Assembly: GCA_023129115.1 (NCBI GenBank)
Contig: JAGMCR010000011.1
Location: 32,001 to 96,000 of the forward strand
Reading direction: 5' to 3'
DNA length: 64,000 nucleotides
Source: Candidatus Iainarchaeum sp.
Lineage (GTDB): Archaea; B1Sed10-29; WALL01
A model generated the notes under the pieces. That model did not search any database. It was not told the DNA's origin and saw nothing but the letters and a program-made list of their open reading frames with translations. The translations under genes were made by a program, and so were the position numbers. This document shows, in pieces, positions 38,691 through 47,911 of this stretch (positions are counted from its first letter, which is position 1; every line of letters begins with the position of its first letter).

Positions 38691-39455
38691 TCACCCGTAC
38701 ATCGGCGTCTTTTCCTCGGCTTCCTTGTACCTGAGCTTGCCGAGCTTGATTTGGCTGAGCATTTTCTTCATCTTGCCCTCGATTTCCTTGGCCTCGGTCA
38801 GGAGGTCAGCGGTCTTTATGTCGTAGCCGAGGAACTTCTCGAGCTTTTCCAATAGCTCTGCCGCTGCGCCGGGGTCGGGGTAGCCGTGCTCCGTCTCTAT
38901 CAATAGGCTCATTGCCGGGAACTTGATGGCGTTGCACTTGGCCATGAGGATGCCGGACACGCCGGTGGTGACGCCCTCGGTGATTACCTTTACCTTCTGC
39001 TTCTCGAGGTCCTTGAGCATTGTGGGCGTGGACGCGATGCCGTAAATCTCGGACTCGACAGGGGGCTCGTTGCTCTTCTGCCGCGACGTCATTCCAGCGA
39101 GCGAAATTATCCTTTTTATCTTGTTGTCCTTGGCCCACTTGATGATTTGGTCCGCGATGTCGTACACTGTGCTGGCCGGCACCACGAATTCCGAGAACAA
39201 TAGCACTGTCTTGTGCTGGTGGTCCACGTAAATCCTGGCTGGGAACAGGGGCTCGCCCTTGTGGATGGACGCCATGGGCGGGAAATGCCTTGACATCAGG
39301 TAGCCCATCTGCTTGGTCTTCTGCCTCTCTGCAAGGTAGCCCACAGCAATCGTGCCAATCAGTCCGATGCCTGGGAACCCCTCCACGAGGGTGTATCCCT
39401 CGACGTTTTCAGGGTTGGTTGTTACTATCTCCACGAGGAGCTCTTTTTCTGCCAT
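38691..39455 (-). CDS. PAC2 family proteasome assembly chaperone
   Basis: VEGFPGIGLIGTIA, YPDPGAA, C-terminal MYG (HbYX). Confidence 0.9.
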   Translation of the reverse strand: MAEKELLVEIVTTNPENVEGYTLVEGFPGIGLIGTIAVGYLAERQKTKQMGYLMSRHFPPMASIHKGEPLFPARIYVDHQHKTVLLFSEFVVPASTVYDIADQIIKWAKDNKIKRIISLAGMTSRQKSNEPPVESEIYGIASTPTMLKDLEKQKVKVITEGVTTGVSGILMAKCNAIKFPAMSLLIETEHGYPDPGAAAELLEKLEKFLGYDIKTADLLTEAKEIEGKMKKMLSQIKLGKLRYKEAEEKTPMYG

Positions 39456-39486
39456 AAAACCACTTATTCGCCCCGTGTTTAAAAAG

Positions 39487-39903
39487 CTAGCGGAATGTTT
39501 TCGCGCTCAGGCTGGCGAGCCGCACGTCGATTACAGCGCCAATTTGCTGGGCCTTTAGGAGGTAGTCCTGCCTGTCCTGGGCGCGGAACTGCACGAGGAC
39601 ATTGCTCTCCCCGGCGAGGGCGTGCACCGCTTCCACACCCCCCACCATTTTAAGTAGCTTCGGCGCCGCCTCGGTGGGGTCGCTTGCCTTCCCTACCGCG
39701 AAGCACGCGAACCCTGCGAGGTGTTCGTCCAGGGCAGCGCCGAAGCCAGAAAAAGCCCCACCGCGCTCCAGCCTCTTCAGCCTGGATTGCGCAGTGGAGA
39801 CGGGTATCCCAAGAGCATGAGCAATTTGGGTTATCCGCGGGCTCCAGTAGTCAGGGTTGCGAAGAATCTCGAGCATCCTACGGTCATCCGCGGTTATCTC
39901 CAT
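39487..39903 (-). CDS. Lrp/AsnC family transcriptional regulator
   Basis: DRRMLEIL...ITQIAHALGIPVSTAQSRLKRLE HTH plus a RAM-like C-terminal domain. Confidence 0.8.
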   Translation of the reverse strand: MEITADDRRMLEILRNPDYWSPRITQIAHALGIPVSTAQSRLKRLERGGAFSGFGAALDEHLAGFACFAVGKASDPTEAAPKLLKMVGGVEAVHALAGESNVLVQFRAQDRQDYLLKAQQIGAVIDVRLASLSAKTFR

Positions 39904-40025
39904 AACTCATACGTTAAAACAACTATTATATTTATTATTTACGAATAGTAACTGCAATAAAACAAAATAAGCGTATTTCATACGAAGAATCCAGCCAATG
40001 CGGGGTTTGGGTGTTGGGGGATGTG

Positions 40026-40370
40026 TCAGCTAGTTTTGTAGCCAAACTTTCTGTCGTATTTTTTGTGGCCCATGACGTCGAGGACAATTCCAATTAGTTC
40101 GACTTGGTCCCCTACGATGGTGTAGAGCATTCGCCAGTAGTTGTCGAGGTCTAGTTTCCAGAGGTTGTTTATCCCGTATTTTTTGATGTATTCTTTTGGC
40201 CAGAGGTTCCCCGGGATTTTTTTGCCTGCCGTGACTTTGGTGGCGACTTTTGCGATTCCCTTGTCCACTATTTTGAGTAGGTAGGTGGCTTCGCCGTTTC
40301 CTTTTTCTGCTCGTTGTTGTAGTCTCACGAATTCTTCATTGAATTCTGGGCTGAGTTTCACGGAGTACAT
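40026..40370 (-). CDS. RelE-like toxin
   Basis: INNLWKLDLDNYWRMLYTI...HKKYDRKFGY; coupled by TAATG to the upstream gene; low GC. Confidence 0.65.
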   Translation of the reverse strand: MYSVKLSPEFNEEFVRLQQRAEKGNGEATYLLKIVDKGIAKVATKVTAGKKIPGNLWPKEYIKKYGINNLWKLDLDNYWRMLYTIVGDQVELIGIVLDVMGHKKYDRKFGYKTS

Positions 40371-40648
40371 TAGCGCACCCGCACACTTTCTTTGAGTAGT
40401 TTTTTGAGTTTGGGGTTGTCGGCGAAGACCCACACGATTTTTCCGTCTTTGTCGACCAAAATTTTTCCGGAGCTCTCGAGGTAGTCGAGGACCAGGTTGA
40501 GTGTCCGCCCCATTACTTGCCTTGGGAGGTGTCTCCCCAACTGCGTCCTGGATCGGTACTCCCCGGCTTTTTTTATGGCGTCTTCTATCATGAGCACGGT
40601 GTCAAGCCGCGGGTAATGTACTTGGGTTTGCATTGTTTTTGTGACCAC
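40370..40648 (-). CDS. Small winged-helix protein, putative antitoxin
   Basis: YPRLDTVLMIE...TLNLVLDYLESSGKI; upstream of and coupled to the toxin. Confidence 0.6.
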   Translation of the reverse strand: MVTKTMQTQVHYPRLDTVLMIEDAIKKAGEYRSRTQLGRHLPRQVMGRTLNLVLDYLESSGKILVDKDGKIVWVFADNPKLKKLLKESVRVR

Positions 40649-40702
40649 TCCAACAACCTATAAACTTATACCCTATAAGTTTATACATAGTTGTTTATAT
40701 GG

Positions 40703-40885
40703 CTTTCGGTGCGCAGCTCCCAACCGCTAAAGCAGTGGCATAAGATGTTTTATGGGGTTCTAGTGGTTGGGGGTGAACCCACCCGATGGCGTTCAACCCC
40801 CAACTCTTAAAGTGGTGAGAATCAGCACAGGAATAGTGTTTTGGTTGTTGGGAGTTACAACCCCAAGGCCTAGGCCCGCTTTTTC
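40703..40885 (+). ncRNA. Candidate multibranched structured RNA or structured mobile-element remnant
   Basis: Closing stem AGCTCCCAAC/GTTGGGAGTT encloses four hairpins; G-U pairs favour the + strand; TTTATA boxes upstream and a T tract downstream. Confidence 0.4.
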
Positions 40886-40891
40886 CTCGTC

Positions 40892-40942
40892 TTTGTAGTC
40901 TTAAAACCAACTACTTTTTCTTTGTTTTTTTAAGACTACAAA
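40892..40942. repeat. Perfect 15-bp inverted repeat
   Basis: TTTGTAGTCTTAAAA (40892-40906) pairs with TTTTAAGACTACAAA (40928-40942). Confidence 0.85.
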
Positions 40943-40979
40943 CGTTGGGCTCCACCGGGCAGTGCCCAACCAATTCAGT

Positions 40980-41837
40980 TCACACGAACATCACTGCCCT
41001 GGCAAGCATGAACAAAGCCATTGACAGCGGCACGAGCACCGCGATGTAGACAATCGCCTTCTCTGTGCTGTTCTCCTGGTATGCCACGAACAGCGACGCG
41101 AGAACCGCGTACTCCACTATATAGAACTGGCTCCCCAACAATGCGCTCGCCAGCATCTCCCCGGGGTTGGCGGGCCCTAGCCCCATGTCGGCGAGGCCCA
41201 CAAAGTCGAGCGAGCCCACCATGGACACCAATGCGCCGAGTATGAGTGGCACAATCACGCCCCCGGCGAGCAGGAGCGTGTACTTCTCTATGGCAGTGGT
41301 CGCGGCCTGCTCCCGCACGACTTCTGCCACGCCGCTGATTTCTTCTGCGGTCTCCCTGAGCGCGTCGCCCATGTTCGCGCCTGTCCTGTAGCCCTGCAGC
41401 ACCAGGCCAACCGCCCGCTTCAGCAGCCGCGAGTCGTTGGAGTCAATCATTGCCTCGAGGGCCTCGTCCACGGGCACGCCGTTGGCCACCTGCATGTGCG
41501 CCTTCCCGAACTCCCGGGCCAGCGGGCTGTCGCCTTCCGACAATTCCTCGACAAGCGCCTCAATCGGCATGAGCGTGTTGGACGCAGCGCGGTAGAGCGC
41601 CTGCGGCAGCTCTTCCTCGATGAGGCCCTGCCGCCTCGCCCAGAAATAGGTCGGCACTGCGTAGGCGGCGGCAAGCGGCAAAAGCGCGAGGCCGCAGAAC
41701 AAGCCGCCGCCGGCAAGGAACACTGCCACGAAAATCCCGCCGCTCGCCCACGCCGCGTGGCGCACCAGCTCGCCCGCGTCGCCCCACCCCAGGCCGCGGG
41801 CCGCCTTCTGCAGCTGTGCCATGGTCTTTTCCATCAT
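40980..41837 (-). CDS. TadB/TadC-like (T2SSF) membrane protein
   Basis: IEEELPQAL...GVPVDEAL...GYRTGANMGDALRETA plus TM helices. Confidence 0.85.
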   Translation of the reverse strand: MMEKTMAQLQKAARGLGWGDAGELVRHAAWASGGIFVAVFLAGGGLFCGLALLPLAAAYAVPTYFWARRQGLIEEELPQALYRAASNTLMPIEALVEELSEGDSPLAREFGKAHMQVANGVPVDEALEAMIDSNDSRLLKRAVGLVLQGYRTGANMGDALRETAEEISGVAEVVREQAATTAIEKYTLLLAGGVIVPLILGALVSMVGSLDFVGLADMGLGPANPGEMLASALLGSQFYIVEYAVLASLFVAYQENSTEKAIVYIAVLVPLSMALFMLARAVMFV

Positions 41838-42574
41838 GCGAAAAACGGCCTCTTCAGCTTTATGAACGCGAGTATCGCCAGGTCAATCGTTGGGAACGCG
41901 AGCACCGGTATCCAGAACGCGTCGCTGGGCGTGAGGCTAACGCTCATGAACGCCGAGCCAACGATTACGTACGCCTGGAACAGCGCCGGCAGGATGGCGG
42001 ACACTGCTATAAAGACGAGCGAGTACACCGCAAGCTTTCCAGAGTACTCGCGGAGCGCGGCCTTCTGCATCGCGGCGATTTCCTCGCTGAGCTTCTTCAG
42101 CGCTGATGCGCCGCCGCGCTTCGAGTAAATGCTGTTCAACTGCATCACTGCCTTCTGGAGCTGGCCCGAGTCCACCCTCGCCACCATGGAGTTAAGCGCC
42201 TGCGGCACGGCCGCGCCGAACTCCACTTCCTTAAGTGCTATCCCCACGTGCCTCGCGAGCCCGGAGCCCTCGCAGCTCTGCTGCAGGGCCTCTTCGAACG
42301 GCAGGCCCACTGCAATCAGCGTCGCCATGGAGCGGAGCGCGAGCGGCAGCTCGGCCTCGACCCTGCCGGCCAGCGACTTTTTCCTGTACCACGGGACCTT
42401 GTACACGGCGGCGAAGGAGAGCCCTGCAGCCACTGGCGCGGCCATGGGCCAGAACGCGACTGCCGCCACGAACGCCGCTGCCCCCGCCATCACGCAGTAC
42501 TTAAGCCACTCTTCTTTCGTGTTCCGCATCTCTGCCAGTTGCAGGTCGCGCTCAAGCCCCGTGAACAGCTTCAT
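41834..42574 (-). CDS. TadB/TadC-like (T2SSF) membrane protein
   Basis: VEAELPLALRSMATLIAVGLPFEEAL...EVEFGAAVPQAL. Confidence 0.85.
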   Translation of the reverse strand: MKLFTGLERDLQLAEMRNTKEEWLKYCVMAGAAAFVAAVAFWPMAAPVAAGLSFAAVYKVPWYRKKSLAGRVEAELPLALRSMATLIAVGLPFEEALQQSCEGSGLARHVGIALKEVEFGAAVPQALNSMVARVDSGQLQKAVMQLNSIYSKRGGASALKKLSEEIAAMQKAALREYSGKLAVYSLVFIAVSAILPALFQAYVIVGSAFMSVSLTPSDAFWIPVLAFPTIDLAILAFIKLKRPFFA

Positions 42575-44216
42575 TCACTTCCTCCACCGCTTCTGCAAAG
42601 TCTGTTGGCGAGTTCGCGAGCATGCCCTCGCGCCTCTGCCACTCCTGCCCGAGCCCGCTGGCGTCCAGCGAGAACGCCTTCATGATTTTTTCTGACACTC
42701 CGCCACTCCCAACCTTTACAAGCGCGTCTTTCGCCGCGTCGTAGTCGAACAGCTTGTGCGGACGGGCTTGCCCGTTGTGGTGCACCTCGCTTATCTCCAT
42801 CACCCTCCGCAGCTCCCGCGTCTCTTTTTTCTCTGGGTCGTACTTGTCCCACCTCTTCTGCACCACCAGCAGGTCAATCGTCGGCAGGTCGTGGTCGCTT
42901 ATGCCCAAGGCCTTGAGCCGGTTGATTGCTTCCCTGCCGCTCAGGGCGTGGAACGTCGCGACGCTTCCCTTGCCCTGGCCCGCGAGCATGGTGTTCATCA
43001 ATGCCTTGGCCTCTTCCCCAGTGCGCACTTCGCCGACGATTATCCTGTCCGGCCGCATCCGCAGCGTGTCGCTCACGAGGTCGCCCATCCCAATCCCCAA
43101 TTCCTCGTTGACGGTGAGCCGCACGCTGTGCTCGTGGGGAATGCTTATTTCGGGCGTCTCCTCCACGATAATCACCCGCTCGCCCAGGGGGATGAACGCG
43201 CTCAGGCAGTTCAGCGTCGTGGTCTTCCCGGACCCGGTCGACCCGGCAACAAGAATGTTCAGGTCGCACTGCATGGCCATCCACAGGAACGACATTGCCT
43301 CTGCGGTTATCGTCCTGTTGTCAATCAAGTGCCTCGGGCTCAATGGCTTCTCAGTAAATTTCCTTATTGTCAGGCACGGCTGCTTCGTCACCGGCGGAAT
43401 CGCGGCGTGCAGCCTCGACCCGTTGGGCAGGCACGCGTTTATCCTCGGCTTCTGCAGGGTAATCCTCCTCCCCAGTGAGCGCGCGATTCTGTTTATCACG
43501 CCCACGATTTTCTTTTCGTCGAGGAACATCACGTCGGCCTCGAGCCAGCCCACGCCCCGCCTGTACACGCGTATCGGCTCGCCCACGCCGTTGACCGTAA
43601 TCTCTTCCAGCGACTCGTCCGCCAGCATGGGCTCGAGCACAGAGAACCCGTGGACCTCGTAGTGGATGAGCCGCAGCAATTCTTCGCGCTGCGAGTCCTC
43701 AAGCACCAGCCCTTTTCCCTCGCAGTACTCCTCGAACACTTCCTCGACGTCTGCCTCGCCTTCCTTGGCGAGCTCGCGGAATGCCTTGACCACTGCCTCG
43801 ATGGCCCTGGCCTCCTGGCAGCCAGGCGAATAAATCCCTGCCTCGTAGTTGCCGCCTGCTTTTTCCCAGCCGAGTATGCGCCGCGTTTCCTCGACTTCTT
43901 CTTCGCTGGCCTCGAGCCGGAGCCCCTTCACGCAGACCTTTATGCACTTCGGGTCCCCGCCGCACAAGTCGCACTTCCTGGCGTAGCCGTCCACGTAAAT
44001 CGCGTTGTACGGGCACGACAGCGCGCACAGCCCGCACCCGTCGCACTTCTCCGGGTCGACAGCCCACACCCCGGTCGCCACTTCGTAAAACGCCCCCTTC
44101 GGGCAGGCCTTGACGCACTCTGGCTCAAGGCAGTGCCTGCACTCGAAGTTTGCCTTGTGCGGGCACGCCTCGACGCACGCGTTGCAGTGGCTACACTCAT
44201 CTATAACTAACCTCAT
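42552..44216 (-). CDS. TadA/CpaF-type secretion ATPase fused to an N-terminal four-cluster [4Fe-4S] ferredoxin
   Basis: Four Cys4 motifs in the first ~95 aa, continuous with GSTGSGKTT, VEETPEI, LRMRPDRIIVGEVR and ATFHA. Confidence 0.88.
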   Translation of the reverse strand: MRLVIDECSHCNACVEACPHKANFECRHCLEPECVKACPKGAFYEVATGVWAVDPEKCDGCGLCALSCPYNAIYVDGYARKCDLCGGDPKCIKVCVKGLRLEASEEEVEETRRILGWEKAGGNYEAGIYSPGCQEARAIEAVVKAFRELAKEGEADVEEVFEEYCEGKGLVLEDSQREELLRLIHYEVHGFSVLEPMLADESLEEITVNGVGEPIRVYRRGVGWLEADVMFLDEKKIVGVINRIARSLGRRITLQKPRINACLPNGSRLHAAIPPVTKQPCLTIRKFTEKPLSPRHLIDNRTITAEAMSFLWMAMQCDLNILVAGSTGSGKTTTLNCLSAFIPLGERVIIVEETPEISIPHEHSVRLTVNEELGIGMGDLVSDTLRMRPDRIIVGEVRTGEEAKALMNTMLAGQGKGSVATFHALSGREAINRLKALGISDHDLPTIDLLVVQKRWDKYDPEKKETRELRRVMEISEVHHNGQARPHKLFDYDAAKDALVKVGSGGVSEKIMKAFSLDASGLGQEWQRREGMLANSPTDFAEAVEEVNEAVHGA

Positions 44217-44286
44217 TCTCCCATCTCCCCATAGCATCATTCTTAAGGCGAAAGTCATATATATAACTTACATATACAAAACATAT

Positions 44287-44604
44287 ATGGCTTCAAGGGC
44301 TGTCCTCGTGAATTTTCCTGAAAAAGTCTTGTCCGGGCTTGACTCTCTTGTCGAGGAAGGGGTTTTCGACAACCGGAGCGAGGCGATTAGGGAGGCCACG
44401 AGAAAAATAATCATGGAATACCGTGGCATTGCCGGCCCGGCGGAAAAGCCTTCTGTCGAGCTAGTGCGGGAAGTCAGGGCCAAGATGTGGCGCGATGCCT
44501 TGAGGCAGGCAAAGGGCGACGAGCAGAAGGCAATGGATTTAATCGCAAGAAAGGCAAAGAAGGCCGCGGACAAGTTTTGGCCTAATATTCGCCGGGCTCG
44601 ATGA
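44287..44604 (+). CDS. CopG/RHH antitoxin-like protein
   Basis: VLVNFPEKVLSGLDSLVEEGVFDNRSEAIREATR. Confidence 0.8.
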   Translation: MASRAVLVNFPEKVLSGLDSLVEEGVFDNRSEAIREATRKIIMEYRGIAGPAEKPSVELVREVRAKMWRDALRQAKGDEQKAMDLIARKAKKAADKFWPNIRRAR

Positions 44605-45007
44605 CTGCCACACCGATTAGGTCGCCGACTTCCTTGTGTATTTTTTCTCCGCTGACGAAGAAGCCCACGCTGCTTTTTTTGGCGAGCAGGAAATGCGCCG
44701 CGTCATTGACACCGATTCTTTCCCCGATTTCGCCAGCTATTTTTCTGTTCAACTCAACTGCTTTCTTCAAGATGGCACCGGTTGTTTCAATGCGCTCGAC
44801 CAGAAGGCCCGTGTCCGCAATGAATGATTTCATGAGCGGAACCAGGTATGGGTAAACATTTTCCATTTCCTGGATGACTAAGTCTGATAGCAACACAGTG
44901 TCGCCGTTGCCCACCGCTTTTTCGAACATCCTTTCAGCGAAGTAGGTCGGCATTCCCTCTTCCTTGAATAAGCTAATCCATACATTGGTGTCTAGGTAAA
45001 GCCTCAT
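44582..45007 (-). CDS. PIN-domain (VapC-like) ribonuclease, convergent with the RHH gene
   Basis: LYLDTNVW, IQEME, NDAAHFLLA, FVSGE. Confidence 0.85.
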   Translation of the reverse strand: MRLYLDTNVWISLFKEEGMPTYFAERMFEKAVGNGDTVLLSDLVIQEMENVYPYLVPLMKSFIADTGLLVERIETTGAILKKAVELNRKIAGEIGERIGVNDAAHFLLAKKSSVGFFVSGEKIHKEVGDLIGVAVIEPGEY

Positions 45008-45028
45008 TCTTCCTCTCCCCTCTCGCTT

Positions 45029-45340
45029 TCATGGCGTTATTTCAATTGACTTCCCCTTGATTTTCAGCGTCACTTTTTCTCCCTGCTTCAGCCCGAGTGC
45101 CTGTTCCATCACTTTGGGTATCCGCACTATTAGGTTGCTCTTTATCCGCCCGAGCTTTGCGTGGAACTTCTGGTGCTTTAGCTTGTTGGCTACGAGTATC
45201 CTTTCCGCCTGCAGTGGATCCAGATACTCCTCGCCGCAATTATCGCACTTCCAGCCATCAAGGACGTATCTTTTGAACTTTAGCTTTGTCGGCTTCGCGA
45301 CTTTCCCACAGAGGCATCCAAGCCCTTCCTTCTTTTTCAT
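45029..45340 (-). CDS. Zinc-ribbon (YgiT/MqsA-like) plus AbrB-like antitoxin
   Basis: CLCG...WKCDNCGEEYL, then SNLIVRIPK..EQALGLKQGEKV. Confidence 0.75.
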   Translation of the reverse strand: MKKKEGLGCLCGKVAKPTKLKFKRYVLDGWKCDNCGEEYLDPLQAERILVANKLKHQKFHAKLGRIKSNLIVRIPKVMEQALGLKQGEKVTLKIKGKSIEITP

Positions 45341-45648
45341 TTAAACTTCCCCGCGTGTATTATCAGCCAGGCTTCTTTTTTCAGGAAACTGTTGTAGCAC
45401 CTCGCCACCACAATTTTTATCGTCTTGTTCCCTTTCTTCACGCACTTTTCCAGCACGTTTTTCTTTCTCTTGCTCCTTGCGCAGTCATACCCTTCTTCCA
45501 GCACCTCAATCGCGTCGTGCACGGTGAAGTGCAGTCGGTCCAGCTCGCGTGCGGCTGCCCGGGTTGGGACAACACGCAGCCCCCTCCACTTGGGGGCAAC
45601 AACCTCTAACATATGTTCTTGACATATGTTATTAATATATGTTTCCAT
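45337..45648 (-). CDS. Putative RelE/BrnT-fold toxin (DUF4258-like)
   Basis: Basic ~90-100 aa ORF coupled by ATGA to the zinc-ribbon antitoxin; ends WLIIHAGK; start uncertain. Confidence 0.55.
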   Translation of the reverse strand: METYINNICQEHMLEVVAPKWRGLRVVPTRAAARELDRLHFTVHDAIEVLEEGYDCARSKRKKNVLEKCVKKGNKTIKIVVARCYNSFLKKEAWLIIHAGKFK

Positions 45649-45698
45649 AACTCTCTCCCCAGACAGTTATTCTCGCTTGAGCTATTTATTCCTTGCAG

Positions 45699-46013
45699 TC
45701 ACGCGCGGATTTTGGCCTTCTGCTTTGCATGCTCTTCCAGAAATTCCATGTCCACCGCTGTCGCAAGCTCGTCCAGCTTGACCGCGATGGCAGATTCCTT
45801 GTTGAACTGGTACATCTGCGCCCTTCCCTCTGTCCTGGTCTTTTTGGCGATTCCGCCCTCGACTAATTCGGGCATGACCCTCTGCAGCGTGCGGAAGCTC
45901 ACGCCCGTGGCTCCGCCAATGTCCTTTAGAGAGTAGTCCCATTCCGAGTGGACCCTAAGAAAATCCAGCACCTTTGGGATTGGCCTGTCACCGAACACGT
46001 GCACTAACCCCAT
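45699..46013 (-). CDS. Winged HTH regulator
   Basis: YSLKDIGGATGVSFRTLQRVMPELVEGG...RAQMYQFN. Confidence 0.75.
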   Translation of the reverse strand: MGLVHVFGDRPIPKVLDFLRVHSEWDYSLKDIGGATGVSFRTLQRVMPELVEGGIAKKTRTEGRAQMYQFNKESAIAVKLDELATAVDMEFLEEHAKQKAKIRA

Positions 46014-46141
46014 GCTTTTTGCTGTGTTTCCCCAGCCTTATAAATTTAACTATTTTAACTAAATAACGCCAAATCTGTCATAGCATCTCGGCAATCCATA
46101 CGCCTTTGTCTTTAAAACCTTTTGTTGAATACTGCTGGTGG

Positions 46142-46378
46142 ATGGACTACGAACAGTTTGTCCTCAAAAAGCTCTTGGACAAGCGCTATATCGGAGAAAA
46201 GCAAACACTCATCGAGAACATTCCAAAAAACGTCCCGAAAAAAGACCAAAAGAAGGTTAGGAAAGCAGTAAAATCGCTTGTGCGCAAAGGCGTGCTCTTA
46301 ACGAAAAAGAAGCACTATGGCGTGCACGTGTCGCTCAACCCACGCATGCTAAAGCAAATCAAGGAAGCCATTGAGTAA
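46142..46378 (+). CDS. Small basic hypothetical protein divergent from the HTH gene
   Basis: MDYEQFVLKKLLDKRYIGEKQT...HVSLNPR; GGTGG RBS. Confidence 0.6.
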   Translation: MDYEQFVLKKLLDKRYIGEKQTLIENIPKNVPKKDQKKVRKAVKSLVRKGVLLTKKKHYGVHVSLNPRMLKQIKEAIE

Positions 46379-46687
46379 TCACTCTAGTTTTACTTTCATT
46401 CCCAACTTGTATTTGGCAGCGCCAGCCCTCATCTCCACAACGTACTTGGCCGGCTTCTTCGGGACAATGTTCAGGCGCCACGGCTTCACGTTCTTGACGA
46501 CGTCAACAACCCGCCTCTCGCTGTCCAAGAAAACCAGGTCAATCGGGAACCGCATGAACAGCGTGTGTATCGCCGCCATCCACCGTGACTCCACTGCAAG
46601 AACGAGCGCCATTGGCCTCCCTAGCTTTTTCCGGAACATCAGCCCCATGAACTTCTGCCAGGGCGTGGTTGCCCACTCTACTTTCAT
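46379..46687 (-). CDS. DUF192 (UPF0127) protein
   Basis: KFMGLMFR, IHTLFMRFPIDLVFLD, AKYVVEM. Confidence 0.88.
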   Translation of the reverse strand: MKVEWATTPWQKFMGLMFRKKLGRPMALVLAVESRWMAAIHTLFMRFPIDLVFLDSERRVVDVVKNVKPWRLNIVPKKPAKYVVEMRAGAAKYKLGMKVKLE

Positions 46688-46739
46688 GATACTCGCTTCA
46701 AGGAAAACTTCCCCCTCCAGAAGGTTAGGGGTTGAGTTC

Positions 46740-47911
46740 CCCCCTTTCTTCCTCGGCAACCTTTAGCCGAAGAGCGTTTAAATACTTTTCACTTAACGTG
46801 AAATCATGCAAAGGGCAATCACTACGTTTTGTGAGTATGATGCTGACCTAATTAAAACAATGGAATTGTTCAACAAGGCCTGCCAAGAAGTAATCAACGT
46901 TGGCTGGGAGATAAAGGAATACAACAAAATGGAACTCCATAAGCTCACTTATCGTGCTATTCGCAGGGATTTTCCTTTGCTCCAGAGCAGCTTGGTTGAG
47001 GCTGCGAGGGATGTTGCTTCTGACATGCTTAAAAAAACCAAGTTCGCCAAGAAAGCATCTGCGCGGCAGCGTTAGGCTCAACCTGCGGACGTTCAAACCC
47101 TTCCTCAAAAGCAGCTATGTTTCTGTAAGCACTGTTTCCGGAAGGAAGAAAATTCCCATTAAAATTCCTAATTATTTTAATAAATACAAAAAGTGGCAGA
47201 TCAAAGCAGCTACTCTCAAGTACAAAAATGGGGGTCTATCCTTTGTGTTGATTGCCGAGAAAGAAGCTTCAGAGCCTAAAAAGCCTGAAACCGTGATGGG
47301 GGTTGACCTCGGCGTGAACAACATCGCGGTATGCTCGAATAACACGTTTTTCAATTCCAAGCACCTAAAAAAGGTCAAGGGAAGATACCAATATCTACGC
47401 AGAACGCTTCAGTCCATTGGCACTCGCTCCGCGAAGAGAAAGCTCAAGAAGTTGAGTGGGCGAGAAAGACGGTTCGTGACTGACTTGAACCACTGTATCA
47501 GCAAAGAATTGGTTTCCCTGCCTTTTGATTGCATTGCCTTCGAAAAACTCTGCATCAAGAAAAAGAAGGGCAATGGGAAGCGTTTCAACAAAAAACTTGG
47601 TGGATGGAGCTACGCACAACTCCAAGCATTCACTAGCTACAAAGCAGAAGAACTCGGCAAAACCATTGTTTTCGTGAATCCCAGACACACAAGTCAAGCA
47701 TGTTCTGTTTGTGGCCATAGGCACAAGTCCAACAGAAACGGCGCTGTCTTCCGCTGCAAGTCCTGCAGCTTCGAGCTACACAGTGACTTAAACGCTTCCC
47801 GAAACATCGCCAGCCTCGGCAAGTCCGAGGTTGGTAGGCTGCCCAGTCAACCAGCCAAACGTAACCTCGCAAGAGAGTTACAAGCCCCTATTCCATTAGG
47901 GTGCAGTTGAC
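46740..47911 (+). mobile_element. IS200/IS605-family (IS1341-type, tnpB-only) element; left end approximate
   Basis: Low GC. Left hairpin TCGGC-N8-GCCGA; right end CAAGCCCCTATTCCATTAGGGTGCAGTTGAC; no tnpA in the window. Confidence 0.75.
46806..47910 (+). pseudogene. tnpB: TnpB RNA-guided nuclease split by one +1 frameshift near 47031-47075
   Basis: N-terminal ORF 46806-47075 plus a second frame carrying GVDLG, AFEKL, CSVC/CKSC and SDLNASRNIA. An A7 run lies at 47031-47037. Confidence 0.85.
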
